Source of the DNA: a virus
Taxonomy: Duplodnaviria; Caudoviricetes
Length of the DNA stretch: 63,617 nt
Virus record (IMG/VR): IMGVR_UViG_3300031576_000041
Span: 1-63,617 of that record
Direction: 5' to 3' (one strand)
The notes under the pieces are model-generated. The model was not told where the DNA came from, ran no database searches, and worked only from the letters and a program-made list of their open reading frames with translations. Below are positions 1-9,934 of the stretch, piece by piece. Position 1 is the stretch's first letter. Each line of letters begins with the position of its first letter. The position numbers and the translations under genes are program-made.

Positions 1-127
1 CCCCGATGGCCAGGTTCTTTCTCTTGGCGGAAGCGCCGTCACCGTCACCAAGGACGACATACTTGTGATTTCATTCTGGTTTCATGCGGTGCAGGGCATG
101 GCGGTGAATTATGAAAACCGCCTGCAT
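1..127. repeat. Terminal direct repeat, left copy (circular assembly overlap)
   Basis: Identical to 63491-63617; an ORF reads through the junction in frame. Confidence 0.97.
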
Positions 128-3100
128 TACAATGGCACGACGGACGTAATAGAAACGACAAACAGCGATGCGGCGAGCTACCTGGAGACGCCGCAAAACC
201 TCGTTTTCGCAACGACGGGCACCGCGCCGCGGAGAAGGATTCACATAATGCTTTTGTTGCCGATATGGCTGATTGGATTGTTGCGGGCCAGGAAGTACAT
301 GATCCTGAGCGCGCTCATAACGGTTTCCGCCATCGGCCAGCCCACAAACGTTCGCGTTACCGGGGTCACAAACACGCAGGCGCTGATTGAGTACACCGCC
401 CCGGATGCTGCGGCATGCACTCTTGAGGTCAGCGAGTCCTCGACCTACTCTCCGGTGGTATTCGACGTGGACACCGCCAAATTCGCTGGCTCCAGTTCCG
501 ACGGGCGCGCCGGCAACGTCACAAACGGGAGGGCGAGAATCTTTGTTGCCGGCAAGAGGGCGGCAGAAATAGCAGCAGACGGCAGGTTCTATTCCCGCGC
601 ATTGCAAGCCCTGACGCCACACTATTTTCGGATCACCTGTGGGGCATCTGCCACCGGGACATTTACAACAACGAACATTGGCAATGGGAATACATTCCCG
701 GACCCCATCTCGATAGACTCCGCAGGTATCTACGCCTACCCGACCGTGGACTGGTCGGGGGCCGGGGCCACAGGGAACAACCTCGCACCACAGAAGATCA
801 TCGACCACCAGACCGGGGCACTGATCCGGAGAATCACAAAACCGCAGACCTCGGCTGACAACAACGAGAGCAACGTTGTGTCCGACAATCCCGTTCTGGG
901 GGGGGCTGGTTGGACGACCCCGGACAGCGCTCGGGTTGACGACACCAACAACGCTACCTATGTAGGGGACGCCGCCCGGAACTGGCTCTGGATCCGGTTC
1001 ACGCCGCCGATAGGCCTTCAAGCGTGCTCCCATTCTCGGGAGTGTATGTTGCGGCAGATGGACTATGCGACTGCAACGTTCAAAGGGCGCATGTCGGCCG
1101 GAGCCGGAGAAGACCTGAAGTTCGAGTACTGCCTGACAATCGATGGGGCGAACTGCTGGTCCGCGCTGAAGGAGCAGGCCATCACCACCACCGAGGCCCC
1201 CTACACGCTCGGAACCACAACTCCGGTACTTGACTTCTGGAGGCCGACGACATACGCCGAAACGCTGAGCGCGAATGACCAGGCGCAGCGCACAGGGAAC
1301 GTGGATATCGCCGCTTCCGGAGTCGTCAACTGGGTGTCCGGGCACCAGTTCAGCATGAGGTGGGGGAACGGAAGTACCATCGTAATCAACGCCGTGCGGT
1401 ACGTGATTTCCGCCGTAAATAGCCCAAAGAAGCTAACCTTGACAACATCCCCGGCAACGGCCAGCAACGTCGCCTACACTGCCAGGAACTTCGGGCTATT
1501 GGTTCGCAAGAAGACCGCAACGGGCGACACCCTGTTTATCCAGTACGTATCCTCGAACACTGGTACCTCGCCGGGGAATCAGTCGGAGAGTGCCGGAAGC
1601 TTTGACGCCTGCGCACCGGTGACTGTGACGCGGGCGGGTGACGGCCAGGTGGGGTACCACTGTGCTCTATCCACTTACACTACCTCAGCCCTCTACTTCG
1701 TCGGCAAAGACACCGGGGATGCAGCCTTCCTGGGATTCATAGGACACGAGAAGGCGAATCCCGACGGTTGGGCGCTTGCAGCCTGCGGGGCCTATGGCTC
1801 CTCGGCCGTATGGGACAAGACCGACCCGAACACGTTTTACTGTACGATGGGCGGCCTCAACAACAAACTAATTCTTACCAAGGCGACGTACACAGGACCA
1901 AATACCGACATAGCCGCCGGGTACATTCCGGCGGCGCAGTTGACGCTCACAAATCTGACCCCAGGCGCCTTCGATGTTGACTCGCTTGCGAACACGCGCG
2001 ACTCGCGGTATACGCCAGCCAGATTCATATGCAACTCCTACTCCCGCCACGATAAATACGTGATGCTGCTCTGCACCACGGAGCAGGCGGTCGGCAGCGG
2101 CTTGACAGACACCCTGGGCTACATTCTTTTGGCGGACCCGACTCTTGGGGTTGCATCCGCCGGCAACAACATCATCGTGGCCGCCGTGCCTACATGGGAT
2201 ACATACCCGCTGCGATTCTGTGCTCTGCACGCGATAATCGGCGTGAACAGTGGGAACTGGGTGGCGGCTACGTTCAACCAGGGATCTGAATCTTCAACCA
2301 CCGGGGGTTCGGGTCCATGGCAGACGGACATAGTTACAACGGCAATGGAGGCTATTCCATCCGTTACCTGCCCGGCCAACGACGTCGGGATCTCGGGAGT
2401 AAACTGCTCGACAGTGACGGTTGGGGGCGAAATATTTGACCCAGGGCCATGCCTCGTTGCCAACTGCCCCTCATATCCAGAGACCTCCGCTAGGGGATTT
2501 TTTGGGAACGCGAAGATCAACGACGTGTTTTTGATCCAGACCGAGCTTGTGCAGCTCCTCGCCAAGGCCGGGGATTCATGGACATTTGCCAGGGGCCGCT
2601 TTGGGACCACGGCGGCGGGGCATGCCGTAGGGCAGGTGTTCAAGGAACAATGCCCGCAGGATTACGCGGCACCGTCAACTGGGGGCACCGCGCTCATCAA
2701 CATCCTGGGGGATATCTTGTTCGCTAACCCCGCCCCCTTCAATTCCAGCCGAAACTGGTCCAGCTTTCACGGGGACATCAGCCCCACCCGTGCCTTCGGA
2801 ATCCTTGATAACGGTACCGTCTACAACATTCAGAACAACACCACTTCAGGGAACTTCTGCACAGGGCTCCCTCAACCCCAGTGCTTCGGGGCGTTCTCGG
2901 GGGCCAACCTGGGGGCTGTGGGAACCTCCTATGCTACTTCGGGGGGGGCGTTCAAGATCATCGACTGGGCGCGGTTCGACGGCGCTGGCTCTCTGGATTA
3001 CAACGTCACCGATATTCACCCGTCCTGCCACCAGGCGAATGCCGTCGGGGTCGAGCAAGAGTGGTGCGTGGACTTCTCCTACCAGAACGGCACCGGCAAC

Positions 3101-4006
3101 GCCATGGGCTCGACCAACGGGATTGCAAACGTAACTGGCGATCTCTGGCGGATGGGGACCATCTACGAGCTGTACCGGAAGCGGCTCGGGACCCAGGCGT
3201 TCTGCGGGGAGAGACCCCTTCGGGATGTCAGCCCTACGGTTCTTGTGGGGACCGCTGGCGACAACTACAAATACTGTGTGGTGGAGGCGGTTGGAGAATG
3301 CCAGGCCGGGAGCGCGGTAGGGCAGATTTACTTCAATTGCCCGAACCTCACGGAAACGGTAGTCGGCGTCACCTCGCAGTGCGGCTACGGATCATCGGCG
3401 GGAGGGTGGTATGACGCTGCCTCGAACCCAGTGAACTGGGGGTGTATCTTCGGGGGTTCGCCTCGGTTCGACCGGATTGTGCAGTATGGGATCGGGAAGA
3501 ATGATGAGAACAGCGTGACTTCCCGGAACCTGAGCAATGGCTTCTATCGCAAGCAGGCCATCAGCCCCAACACCTCTGCGGCGATTCCAACGCCCGGCGG
3601 GGAGTGGGCATTGTGGCCCGGTCTGTGGCTTGACGGGCAGCGGAACGAAGTTATGGCCGTGAAAATTCCGCCGCAACCCGCTCACGACACGGTACAGCGC
3701 TATTTGTTCATCCGGGTTGCGCTGCGTCTCCAGCCGCCAAGCGGAGTGGATAACGCGATAGTCGAGTTTGGGTACAACACCAAAATGGAGTGCACTTCGC
3801 GCATCGAGGCCTGCGTTAAAGGGAACCAAGGTGGCACCGATTACGACTTCTCCGGGGTGGCGGTTACTGGTAAGCCCTGCTCTACGGGATGCACAATCGA
3901 GATTCCCGCCATACCGCAGCGCATGGTATACTATCGCTGGAAATACAGGAACGCGGGCGGGGTCGTACTGTATACCAGCAGCATTCATGTTGTTGCCTCG
4001 CCATAA
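2..4006 (+). CDS. 3' part of a large beta-rich, Cys-rich protein that starts at 63045 and spans the origin (~1480 aa); possible internal start at 248
   Basis: Open frame from ATG 63045 continues into ORF 65..4006; T/G/S/N-rich; second signal-like segment at 248-335. Confidence 0.75.
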   Translation, partial: PDGQVLSLGGSAVTVTKDDILVISFWFHAVQGMAVNYENRLHYNGTTDVIETTNSDAASYLETPQNLVFATTGTAPRRRIHIMLLLPIWLIGLLRARKYMILSALITVSAIGQPTNVRVTGVTNTQALIEYTAPDAAACTLEVSESSTYSPVVFDVDTAKFAGSSSDGRAGNVTNGRARIFVAGKRAAEIAADGRFYSRALQALTPHYFRITCGASATGTFTTTNIGNGNTFPDPISIDSAGIYAYPTVDWSGAGATGNNLAPQKIIDHQTGALIRRITKPQTSADNNESNVVSDNPVLGGAGWTTPDSARVDDTNNATYVGDAARNWLWIRFTPPIGLQACSHSRECMLRQMDYATATFKGRMSAGAGEDLKFEYCLTIDGANCWSALKEQAITTTEAPYTLGTTTPVLDFWRPTTYAETLSANDQAQRTGNVDIAASGVVNWVSGHQFSMRWGNGSTIVINAVRYVISAVNSPKKLTLTTSPATASNVAYTARNFGLLVRKKTATGDTLFIQYVSSNTGTSPGNQSESAGSFDACAPVTVTRAGDGQVGYHCALSTYTTSALYFVGKDTGDAAFLGFIGHEKANPDGWALAACGAYGSSAVWDKTDPNTFYCTMGGLNNKLILTKATYTGPNTDIAAGYIPAAQLTLTNLTPGAFDVDSLANTRDSRYTPARFICNSYSRHDKYVMLLCTTEQAVGSGLTDTLGYILLADPTLGVASAGNNIIVAAVPTWDTYPLRFCALHAIIGVNSGNWVAATFNQGSESSTTGGSGPWQTDIVTTAMEAIPSVTCPANDVGISGVNCSTVTVGGEIFDPGPCLVANCPSYPETSARGFFGNAKINDVFLIQTELVQLLAKAGDSWTFARGRFGTTAAGHAVGQVFKEQCPQDYAAPSTGGTALINILGDILFANPAPFNSSRNWSSFHGDISPTRAFGILDNGTVYNIQNNTTSGNFCTGLPQPQCFGAFSGANLGAVGTSYATSGGAFKIIDWARFDGAGSLDYNVTDIHPSCHQANAVGVEQEWCVDFSYQNGTGNAMGSTNGIANVTGDLWRMGTIYELYRKRLGTQAFCGERPLRDVSPTVLVGTAGDNYKYCVVEAVGECQAGSAVGQIYFNCPNLTETVVGVTSQCGYGSSAGGWYDAASNPVNWGCIFGGSPRFDRIVQYGIGKNDENSVTSRNLSNGFYRKQAISPNTSAAIPTPGGEWALWPGLWLDGQRNEVMAVKIPPQPAHDTVQRYLFIRVALRLQPPSGVDNAIVEFGYNTKMECTSRIEACVKGNQGGTDYDFSGVAVTGKPCSTGCTIEIPAIPQRMVYYRWKYRNAGGVVLYTSSIHVVASP

Positions 4007-4024
4007 AAAAAGCACGAGAGAAGG

Positions 4025-4543
4025 ATGGACACGATGGTACGACACAAATCTGTACCCAGTGGCTGGCAACAAAGCAACGGTGGGCCGTATGTCCGCCACA
4101 CGGACGGCTATTGGTATTACGTTAGCCCGTTCAATCCAACGCCCTGGGCGGTAGCGCAACAACCAACGCCATTGCCGCCCGGGTTTCTGGAAATGTTCGG
4201 GGCCGAGCCGGTCGGAGACATAGGAATCAAAACAAAGTGGCATCAAGATCTGGCCCTGTTCGTTCGGGCCGGGGCCCCCCACTGGATAAGCCCAGCAGTG
4301 AGAAGCCAAGCCGATAAGGTCTGCCAGGGATGGGGGATGGGCGCGGGACGCTACTATGTTTCCACCCGTGCCGACCTCGTTAGGTTCCCGAATAGCGCCA
4401 TCGCGTCGTTCGAGGTTGCGGCACACCTAATGGCCACGCATCCCCACATAGTTGTGGCGATGTATCAACTGGAATGCGCCAATCTTGGTATCCGCGTTGA
4501 GAAGGTGCACCCATTCGTTCGACTCCCGGGGCGCGAAGCCTAG
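4025..4543 (+). CDS. Hypothetical protein
   Basis: 172-aa ORF in operon orientation, AAGGA just upstream. Confidence 0.55.
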   Translation: MDTMVRHKSVPSGWQQSNGGPYVRHTDGYWYYVSPFNPTPWAVAQQPTPLPPGFLEMFGAEPVGDIGIKTKWHQDLALFVRAGAPHWISPAVRSQADKVCQGWGMGAGRYYVSTRADLVRFPNSAIASFEVAAHLMATHPHIVVAMYQLECANLGIRVEKVHPFVRLPGREA

Positions 4544-4570
4544 CGGTGGAACCACAGGAAGAAGTAAATT

Positions 4571-4806
4571 ATGGAGATCATCAACCGCGAATACCAGATG
4601 GTCCCGACCGCTACGCTACAGAAGCACCCGCGCAATCCCAGGCAAGGCGACATCGACCTGATCTCTGAGAGCATTGCGGAGAACGGGTTCTTCGGGGCAT
4701 GCATCGCGCAGCGCGCGACCGGGTTCATCTTGGTGGGAATCATCGATGGGAGGTGGCACACCGGCTGAAGGCGAAGGCTTTAGTTCTTCGTGGATTGGGT
4801 CGATAG
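4571..4806 (+). pseudogene. Decayed ParB/Srx-like N-terminal domain, paralogue of the 25930 gene
   Basis: HPRNPRQGD..I.ESI.ENGFFGAC..ILVG; the GNHRW motif continues only after a frameshift near 4735. Confidence 0.75.
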
Positions 4807-4824
4807 AAGGTCATGGAGGGCAAC

Positions 4825-4980
4825 ATGCCAACGTTTCAGGTTCGCGCTAAAGTAACGAAGGAGTGGTCGGGGGCGGTTGAGGCCGCCAGCCACAAAGAAG
4901 CAGAGCAAGCGGCGGTGGAAATGGCAGATCGCTCCGGTTCCTTGGTCGATGTGGTTTACTGCGAAAGCATCGAGCAGTGA
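4825..4980 (+). CDS. Small hypothetical protein (51 aa)
   Basis: GGAGG RBS; MPTFQVRAKVTKEWSGAVEAASHKEAEQ...; below the ORF-track cutoff. Confidence 0.5.
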   Translation: MPTFQVRAKVTKEWSGAVEAASHKEAEQAAVEMADRSGSLVDVVYCESIEQ

Positions 4981-5016
4981 AGGGGGGGGCAAGAAAGGTG
5001 GAAAGGCAGGCGCAGA

Positions 5017-5244
5017 ATGAAAGCGCTTCAGTTTTCATACGACTTTCGGCCTAGCACAACGGCAGAGCGTATGGCGAAAAGGGGGCATGCCCAGAAGTTC
5101 ATACCGGCATTCATCGGCGTGTGTGGCGAGTGCCACGGGCGATTCCTATATCGCAGGCACCCGGCGAGACCACACCAAGAGGTCAAATCGACTTGTTGTC
5201 GGGCCGCGCCGGAAAGCCTGGACCCCGATGACAGGATGAAGTGA
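5017..5244 (+). CDS. Small Cys-containing hypothetical protein
   Basis: 75 aa with CGEC...CC. Confidence 0.45.
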   Translation: MKALQFSYDFRPSTTAERMAKRGHAQKFIPAFIGVCGECHGRFLYRRHPARPHQEVKSTCCRAAPESLDPDDRMK

Positions 5245-5247
5245 AAA

Positions 5248-5341
5248 GGAGGGGTGGGCGAATTGGATAAGCCACCAGTTTTGAAAACTGGCCCTGTATT
5301 GCAAGGTACAGGTGGGGGTTCGAATCCCTCCTCCTCCTCCA
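5248..5341 (+). tRNA. tRNA-Ser(UGA)
   Basis: GGAGGGG/CTCCTCC acceptor stem, CCAGT-TTTGAAA-ACTGG anticodon arm, long variable arm, GTTCGAATC T-loop, encoded CCA. Confidence 0.9.
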
Positions 5342-5357
5342 TTACGATTATGAACGA

Positions 5358-5624
5358 ATGGGGTGCGATGACATGCCGGATATTGGTGCCGGGTTCACTC
5401 CGATCAATGATGGATGCACCCCGGTAGAAAGCCACAGCGACATGCAGGGCGGGACTATTGATGTGACGGTGCAGCAGTGCCCCCACTTCTGGAATCTTCA
5501 CTTCAAAGATCGCTGGGGCGTCTGGAGTAGCTGGAGCGGGGGTGGAAATTTGGAGTGGGATATGGTGCACTTGGATCTCCAGACGCACCGGCGTTTCAGT
5601 GCGGGAGCCAGCAGGAGGAACTGA
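5358..5624 (+). CDS. Hypothetical protein
   Basis: 88-aa Trp-rich ORF. Confidence 0.4.
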   Translation: MGCDDMPDIGAGFTPINDGCTPVESHSDMQGGTIDVTVQQCPHFWNLHFKDRWGVWSSWSGGGNLEWDMVHLDLQTHRRFSAGASRRN

Positions 5625-5630
5625 ACAAAA

Positions 5631-6020
5631 TTGAAAGCCCTCACATTGCTTCAGCCCTGGGCCACGCTTGTCCTGAGCGAGGCGACGTCAATGACGCGCT
5701 CCTGGCGGACAACATACCGGGGGCCGCTGGCGATCCACGCCGGCAAGGAATTCTCGCCAGAGACGCGCGCCCTTTGCGAACGGGAACCGTTCCGCAGTGT
5801 CTTGCTGCGTGCCGGCATCAAGCAGGCGTCGGATCTGCCGTTGGGTGCGGTCATCGGCTACGTGGATCTCATGGATTGCTACAAGATTACGACCAAGGAG
5901 CGCAGCTTTGGGACCTACATGTCGCCAGGCCGCTTCGCCTGGTACATCTGCGCGCCCGGAGAGGCCGTGCCTCCTGTGCCGGCGCACGGGAGGCCGGGGC
6001 TTTGGGAGTGGGGCGGGTGA
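5631..6020 (+). CDS. ASCH-domain protein
   Basis: KALTLLQPWA...RSWRTTYRGPLAIHAGK...GAVIG...GRPGLW; the usual K-x-E motif is degenerate. Confidence 0.85.
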   Translation: MKALTLLQPWATLVLSEATSMTRSWRTTYRGPLAIHAGKEFSPETRALCEREPFRSVLLRAGIKQASDLPLGAVIGYVDLMDCYKITTKERSFGTYMSPGRFAWYICAPGEAVPPVPAHGRPGLWEWGG

Positions 6021-6189
6021 TCTGGGTCCAGAGTTGGAAGATTCCAAGTTCCGAGCCGTCAGGCATGCGGTAAAATTAGGAGCATGAAGGCCAAGCCGGA
6101 CCGTTCGTGAGCTTCTGGAGGCCGCGTGAGCCAGGCACACAGATTTAGCGCACTACCCGATGGTGTGTGTTACCATCGAAAGGGAAAAC

Positions 6190-6858
6190 ATGCCAGTCAC
6201 GTTCAGAACAATCGGCGGCGGGGACCCTGAGCAGCTAGTTCTCCGGCTCCGTGGCGCGGCGCAACCCAACATTGGCGACGCCCTTCACGCTGGACAGATT
6301 CTCCGCACCCGCATTCTGCAGAGGACCGCGCGTGGCGTGGACGTGAGTGGCGCGGCGTTCAAGCCGTACAGCACGACGGGGCCATACTATTGGTATCCGG
6401 GGCGCGCAGCCAAGAATGCCCGTGGGGCAGCGGCACGCACCGCCAAGAAGATCGGACGGGCGGGGAGCGTTACCGGCGGAGGGGGAATCAGGTTTTCCAG
6501 CTATGCGGACTTCAAGCGGGCGCTCGGGCGTAGCGGGGTTGACCTGCGCGGACCGCGTGCCCCTCACATGCTCCAGGCCATTGTGGTTCGGAGCGGGGGC
6601 GTAGAGCTTGGCCGCCTCGTCAACCTGCTAAACCCTGGAAGAATCGAGGCGACGAATCCTCAACCAGCTCGCGAGGTTACGATTGGAATCTACGGAGACG
6701 AGGCGAAACGCGCTACGGCCCACAACGTGGGGAGCCCGGGTCGCCTACAGCCCCGGCATTTCTTCGGAGCAAACCAGCAGGATGCCCGCCTGATGCTGGC
6801 GGATATGGCAGGCAGGATTCAGCGTCGTCTGCAACAAGTTGTGCGGGGAGCATCGTAA
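6190..6858 (+). CDS. Neck/virion morphogenesis protein
   Basis: RTARGVDV.G..FKPYS...A.AHN...PRHFFG; first gene of the tail module. Confidence 0.65.
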   Translation: MPVTFRTIGGGDPEQLVLRLRGAAQPNIGDALHAGQILRTRILQRTARGVDVSGAAFKPYSTTGPYYWYPGRAAKNARGAAARTAKKIGRAGSVTGGGGIRFSSYADFKRALGRSGVDLRGPRAPHMLQAIVVRSGGVELGRLVNLLNPGRIEATNPQPAREVTIGIYGDEAKRATAHNVGSPGRLQPRHFFGANQQDARLMLADMAGRIQRRLQQVVRGAS

Positions 6859-6864
6859 AAACAC

Positions 6865-7392
6865 ATGCCACAGATTCACAGGGCTGTCCGAAACGCCGTC
6901 CGCGACCAACTGAAGGACGTGAACAACGGTTTCAACAAGAAGCTGGCGGACATCGCGTCCACCTACGACATCGCGGACCAGGTCTTCACCATCAATTTCG
7001 ACAACCCCGGCGAGAACTTCTACTACGGCCAGATATCAGAGGAAGTCCTGGACGCCCTGGAGGGTCCTGCCTATCCGCTGATGACACTATTCTCGATTGC
7101 TTCGGGAAATCAGAACTTCCAGAAGTTCACCACGTTCAGCGGGACCGTCGAGATTGGCATCCAGGTGTTTGTTTCCTGGGCAGAGGGGCGTCTGATCCCG
7201 AACTTCGAAAACCTAGGAGACGCCGTCATCGACGTGATGTACGACCTGTTCAACGCCAGTGCTCTGCAGTCCTGGGCCGTGCCAGTCGCCTACAACGGGG
7301 AAATTTCCTGTGCAAAGGGGCCGCTGGTTTTGGCGGGGGACAACTGGAGGCAGTTGCTCATTTTCCGCCTGGTCTTCCAGGTGGATGCGTAA
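6865..7392 (+). CDS. Putative tail terminator/completion protein
   Basis: Position between neck and tail tube; acidic, 175 aa. Confidence 0.55.
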   Translation: MPQIHRAVRNAVRDQLKDVNNGFNKKLADIASTYDIADQVFTINFDNPGENFYYGQISEEVLDALEGPAYPLMTLFSIASGNQNFQKFTTFSGTVEIGIQVFVSWAEGRLIPNFENLGDAVIDVMYDLFNASALQSWAVPVAYNGEISCAKGPLVLAGDNWRQLLIFRLVFQVDA

Positions 7393-7407
7393 AGGAGAAA
7401 ACCAAGG

Positions 7408-7737
7408 ATGATGATACGATTCGTAGGTGCCTTTGGGGACTTCGCCGGGAGACGCCTGGACCGCTTGGGGGATCGTGTAGACGTGATTCCAGAGGATTTC
7501 GAAGAAGCCGTCAGTGGTGGGTGCGCGTTGCTGCCGGATGAGGAGTTCGAGGCTATTGGCTTTACGGCTCAAGAACTTACGCGCTACGCGACAGCGGGTG
7601 ACCGCGCTCGTGGCATGGAGCCGGGGTTTGCCGCCAAGATGGAGAAGGCCCAAAACGCTTTCAGGGCGTGGTACTATGAGCTAAACGGGATCACGCCGGC
7701 ACAGCCTGTCGCAGCCGACGACCCAGGGGGCGAATAA
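7408..7737 (+). CDS. Hypothetical virion-associated protein
   Basis: AAGGAG upstream; stop overlaps the start of the tail tube gene. Confidence 0.6.
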   Translation: MMIRFVGAFGDFAGRRLDRLGDRVDVIPEDFEEAVSGGCALLPDEEFEAIGFTAQELTRYATAGDRARGMEPGFAAKMEKAQNAFRAWYYELNGITPAQPVAADDPGGE

Positions 7738-8969
7738 TGGCTTTTTCTCTCTCGCGCAATGAGCGGGTCTTTCTGCAACAGCAGACTGCGCTTCTGACCA
7801 TCCCCAACACCGCCGGTACGGCCACTGTCGGCAACTCGAATGCGTCTCGGCACGTCCGGGTTGGTTTGAACAACAACGTCGCACTCCTGGTGCGCCCGGA
7901 CAAGACCGGGACTCGCACGCAGACGGCGGGCACGGCTGGTCGGAAGTTCGCGCAGTGGTCCCTGGAGCAGGGCCTCGCCGCCAACGGCACCGCCGGCGTG
8001 AAACCTGACACCGACCCGGTTCTGAAGGCCCTCATGGGGCAGGACGGGACGACCCAAGCCGGCTCCGCGGCGATCACTGGCGCGACGAACGCCACACCCA
8101 TCGTGATCACCGCTACCGCGCACGGCTATGCCAATGGCGATGCGGTGTTTATCAGCGGGGTCCTTGGAAACACCGCCGCGAATGGGGCATGGATCATCGC
8201 AGCCGTTACGACCAACACCTTTGAATTGATCGGTTCTGCCGGCAACGGGGCGTACACGAGCGGTGGGACCGCCAGCCGTGTCAACGTGAAGTACCTGCTG
8301 TCCGACAGCATTCCGTTCTTCACGATGTACGCATTCCGAACACCGGCGGCCATCGAGCAGCGTTGCATCTTCGGCTCTGTGGTGTCGGAGGCCGTGTTCA
8401 ATCTTGGCCAGGACGTTGCAACTTGGTCCGCCAATGGTGAGGGGATTTGGGTTCTGGACAGCAAGTACTTCGCCAACGCCGACGCGACACAGAAGGGCGG
8501 GTTGACTTCCTTCCCGGCCGAGCCGGGCGCGCCAGTGACGAATGGCGGACTGATCACCGGGTTCACCGGTCGATTCGTGGTTGACGGCAAGAACATCGCC
8601 AATATCCAGTCGGCGACGCTGCGGATTGCGACCGGCAATCAGATCGTTAAGGACACCTTCGGCCAGAGTTACGGCGACGCGGTCGAGGGCGATGAGCGGC
8701 AGGTGACCCTGGACTTCTCGGTCTACGACGACGACGCCACGGCGTCGGACAACCTGAAGAAGGTGTCCTACGACAAGACCTCCGTCGAGGCCGTGCTGCA
8801 GGTTGGCAACGTGGTTGGGAACATCTGGATTTGGTACATGAAGGGCTTCCAGCTTGCCGCCCCGACCTACGACGACGGCCAGCGTCGGTTCAAGGTCAAC
8901 TTCAACGGCAGCCGGGGTTTCGGGACTTCCATCACGGCGCTGAACGAAATCGCCCTGCATATTGTGTAA
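7737..8969 (+). CDS. Major tail tube protein with an inserted ~70-aa FCCH-like beta domain
   Basis: 410 aa, upstream of chaperone and tape measure; insert AITGATNATPI..TAHG...GNTAANG at ~8067-8282. Confidence 0.75.
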   Translation: MAFSLSRNERVFLQQQTALLTIPNTAGTATVGNSNASRHVRVGLNNNVALLVRPDKTGTRTQTAGTAGRKFAQWSLEQGLAANGTAGVKPDTDPVLKALMGQDGTTQAGSAAITGATNATPIVITATAHGYANGDAVFISGVLGNTAANGAWIIAAVTTNTFELIGSAGNGAYTSGGTASRVNVKYLLSDSIPFFTMYAFRTPAAIEQRCIFGSVVSEAVFNLGQDVATWSANGEGIWVLDSKYFANADATQKGGLTSFPAEPGAPVTNGGLITGFTGRFVVDGKNIANIQSATLRIATGNQIVKDTFGQSYGDAVEGDERQVTLDFSVYDDDATASDNLKKVSYDKTSVEAVLQVGNVVGNIWIWYMKGFQLAAPTYDDGQRRFKVNFNGSRGFGTSITALNEIALHIV

Positions 8970-9077
8970 AGACTTTCCTGCCAGGAACCGATTCTTATTG
9001 GGTGGGGGCCAATGCCCCCGTCCAACCCACCACCCCCCCAAAAACCGGGGGGGACCCATTCAAAAGGAGAAACCCAC

Positions 9078-9596
9078 TTGCTGTATGAATCCCGCAAGAT
9101 CGTAGAATCAAAGACCCCAGGATTTGAGGGGGTGAAGTTCATCATCCACCGCTTTAGCGAGGGGCGTCGGATCGCGTTGCGACTACAGACAGCCGATGCC
9201 CTGAAGCGACTGGAGGAGATTGCCGGCGAGACGGCGCTGCTTGAGGCTGGCGGGACAGACAAAGAAGAGCAAGAGCGCCGCTTCAGGTCTCTCGTCGCAC
9301 TTGGAGCAGAAACCGACCGTCTGATCCATGAGCAGATCAACCCGACCTGGCTGCGGTGGGGCATTGTCAGTATCGAAGGTCTGGAGATTGACAACACGCC
9401 GGCCACGGCGGAAAGTCTCTTCCAAAGCGGGCCGCGCGAACTGTACGCCGAGGCCGTAGCGTTGATCAAGGAGGAGTCGGGCCTGTCCGCTGAAGACCAA
9501 AAAAACTCCGAGTCGCCTACCACTTCTTCTGCACCGGTGGTTGGAGCGACGAGCGATTCCGGTGTGGAGAATGCAAACGCGCAGGGCACTTCATAG
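9078..9596 (+). CDS. Tail assembly chaperone (gpG-like)
   Basis: AAAGGAG RBS before TTG; lies between tube and tape measure; slippery site near its end. Confidence 0.75.
   Translation: MLYESRKIVESKTPGFEGVKFIIHRFSEGRRIALRLQTADALKRLEEIAGETALLEAGGTDKEEQERRFRSLVALGAETDRLIHEQINPTWLRWGIVSIEGLEIDNTPATAESLFQSGPRELYAEAVALIKEESGLSAEDQKNSESPTTSSAPVVGATSDSGVENANAQGTS
9500..9506 (+). other. -1 programmed frameshift heptamer A AAA AAC
   Basis: X XXY YYZ in the chaperone frame; the -1 frame is open from 9506 to 9934. Confidence 0.8.
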
Positions 9597-9934
9597 GCCG
9601 GAACTGCCGGCGGTACTTCCCGGAGTTGGTTCAGATCGACCGCGCCCCATGCTGGAGCGCGACGTACAGGGAAGGCGAGGCCGTCGTTACCATCGATGGC
9701 ACGTCCACCGCGGAGTGCCCGGTCTCGTATATCACGGGGAAATCGTTTGAGCTTGTCTCTGCGTTCCATCGGGCAAACCTGGCCGGCGGGAAGGTGGGGA
9801 CGATGTACGGACCCGATATCAGCCAGTGGCCGGCGTGGGCGGTTGATGCCTGGTCCGTAATGGAGATGGAGCGTCGGCGCGTCGAAAGCACGTTGATGCA
9901 CGCGATGAGACAAAACAATGCCGAGCGGTCTTGA
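9506..9934 (+). CDS. Frameshifted chaperone extension (gpGT-like)
   Basis: -1 frame LRVAYHFFC...CGEC...NC... joins ORF 9626..9934. Confidence 0.7.
   Translation, partial: LRVAYHFFCTGGWSDERFRCGECKRAGHFIGRNCRRYFPELVQIDRAPCWSATYREGEAVVTIDGTSTAECPVSYITGKSFELVSAFHRANLAGGKVGTMYGPDISQWPAWAVDAWSVMEMERRRVESTLMHAMRQNNAERS

Noticed and set aside
1-127. Biological direct terminal repeat of the virion DNA
   Set aside because: 127 bp is a common assembler k-mer overlap and it falls mid-gene; it indicates circularity, not real genome ends
5248-5341. Selenocysteine or opal-suppressor tRNA
   Set aside because: The anticodon is UGA (reads UCA, Ser), not UCA; the acceptor stem is a normal 7 bp
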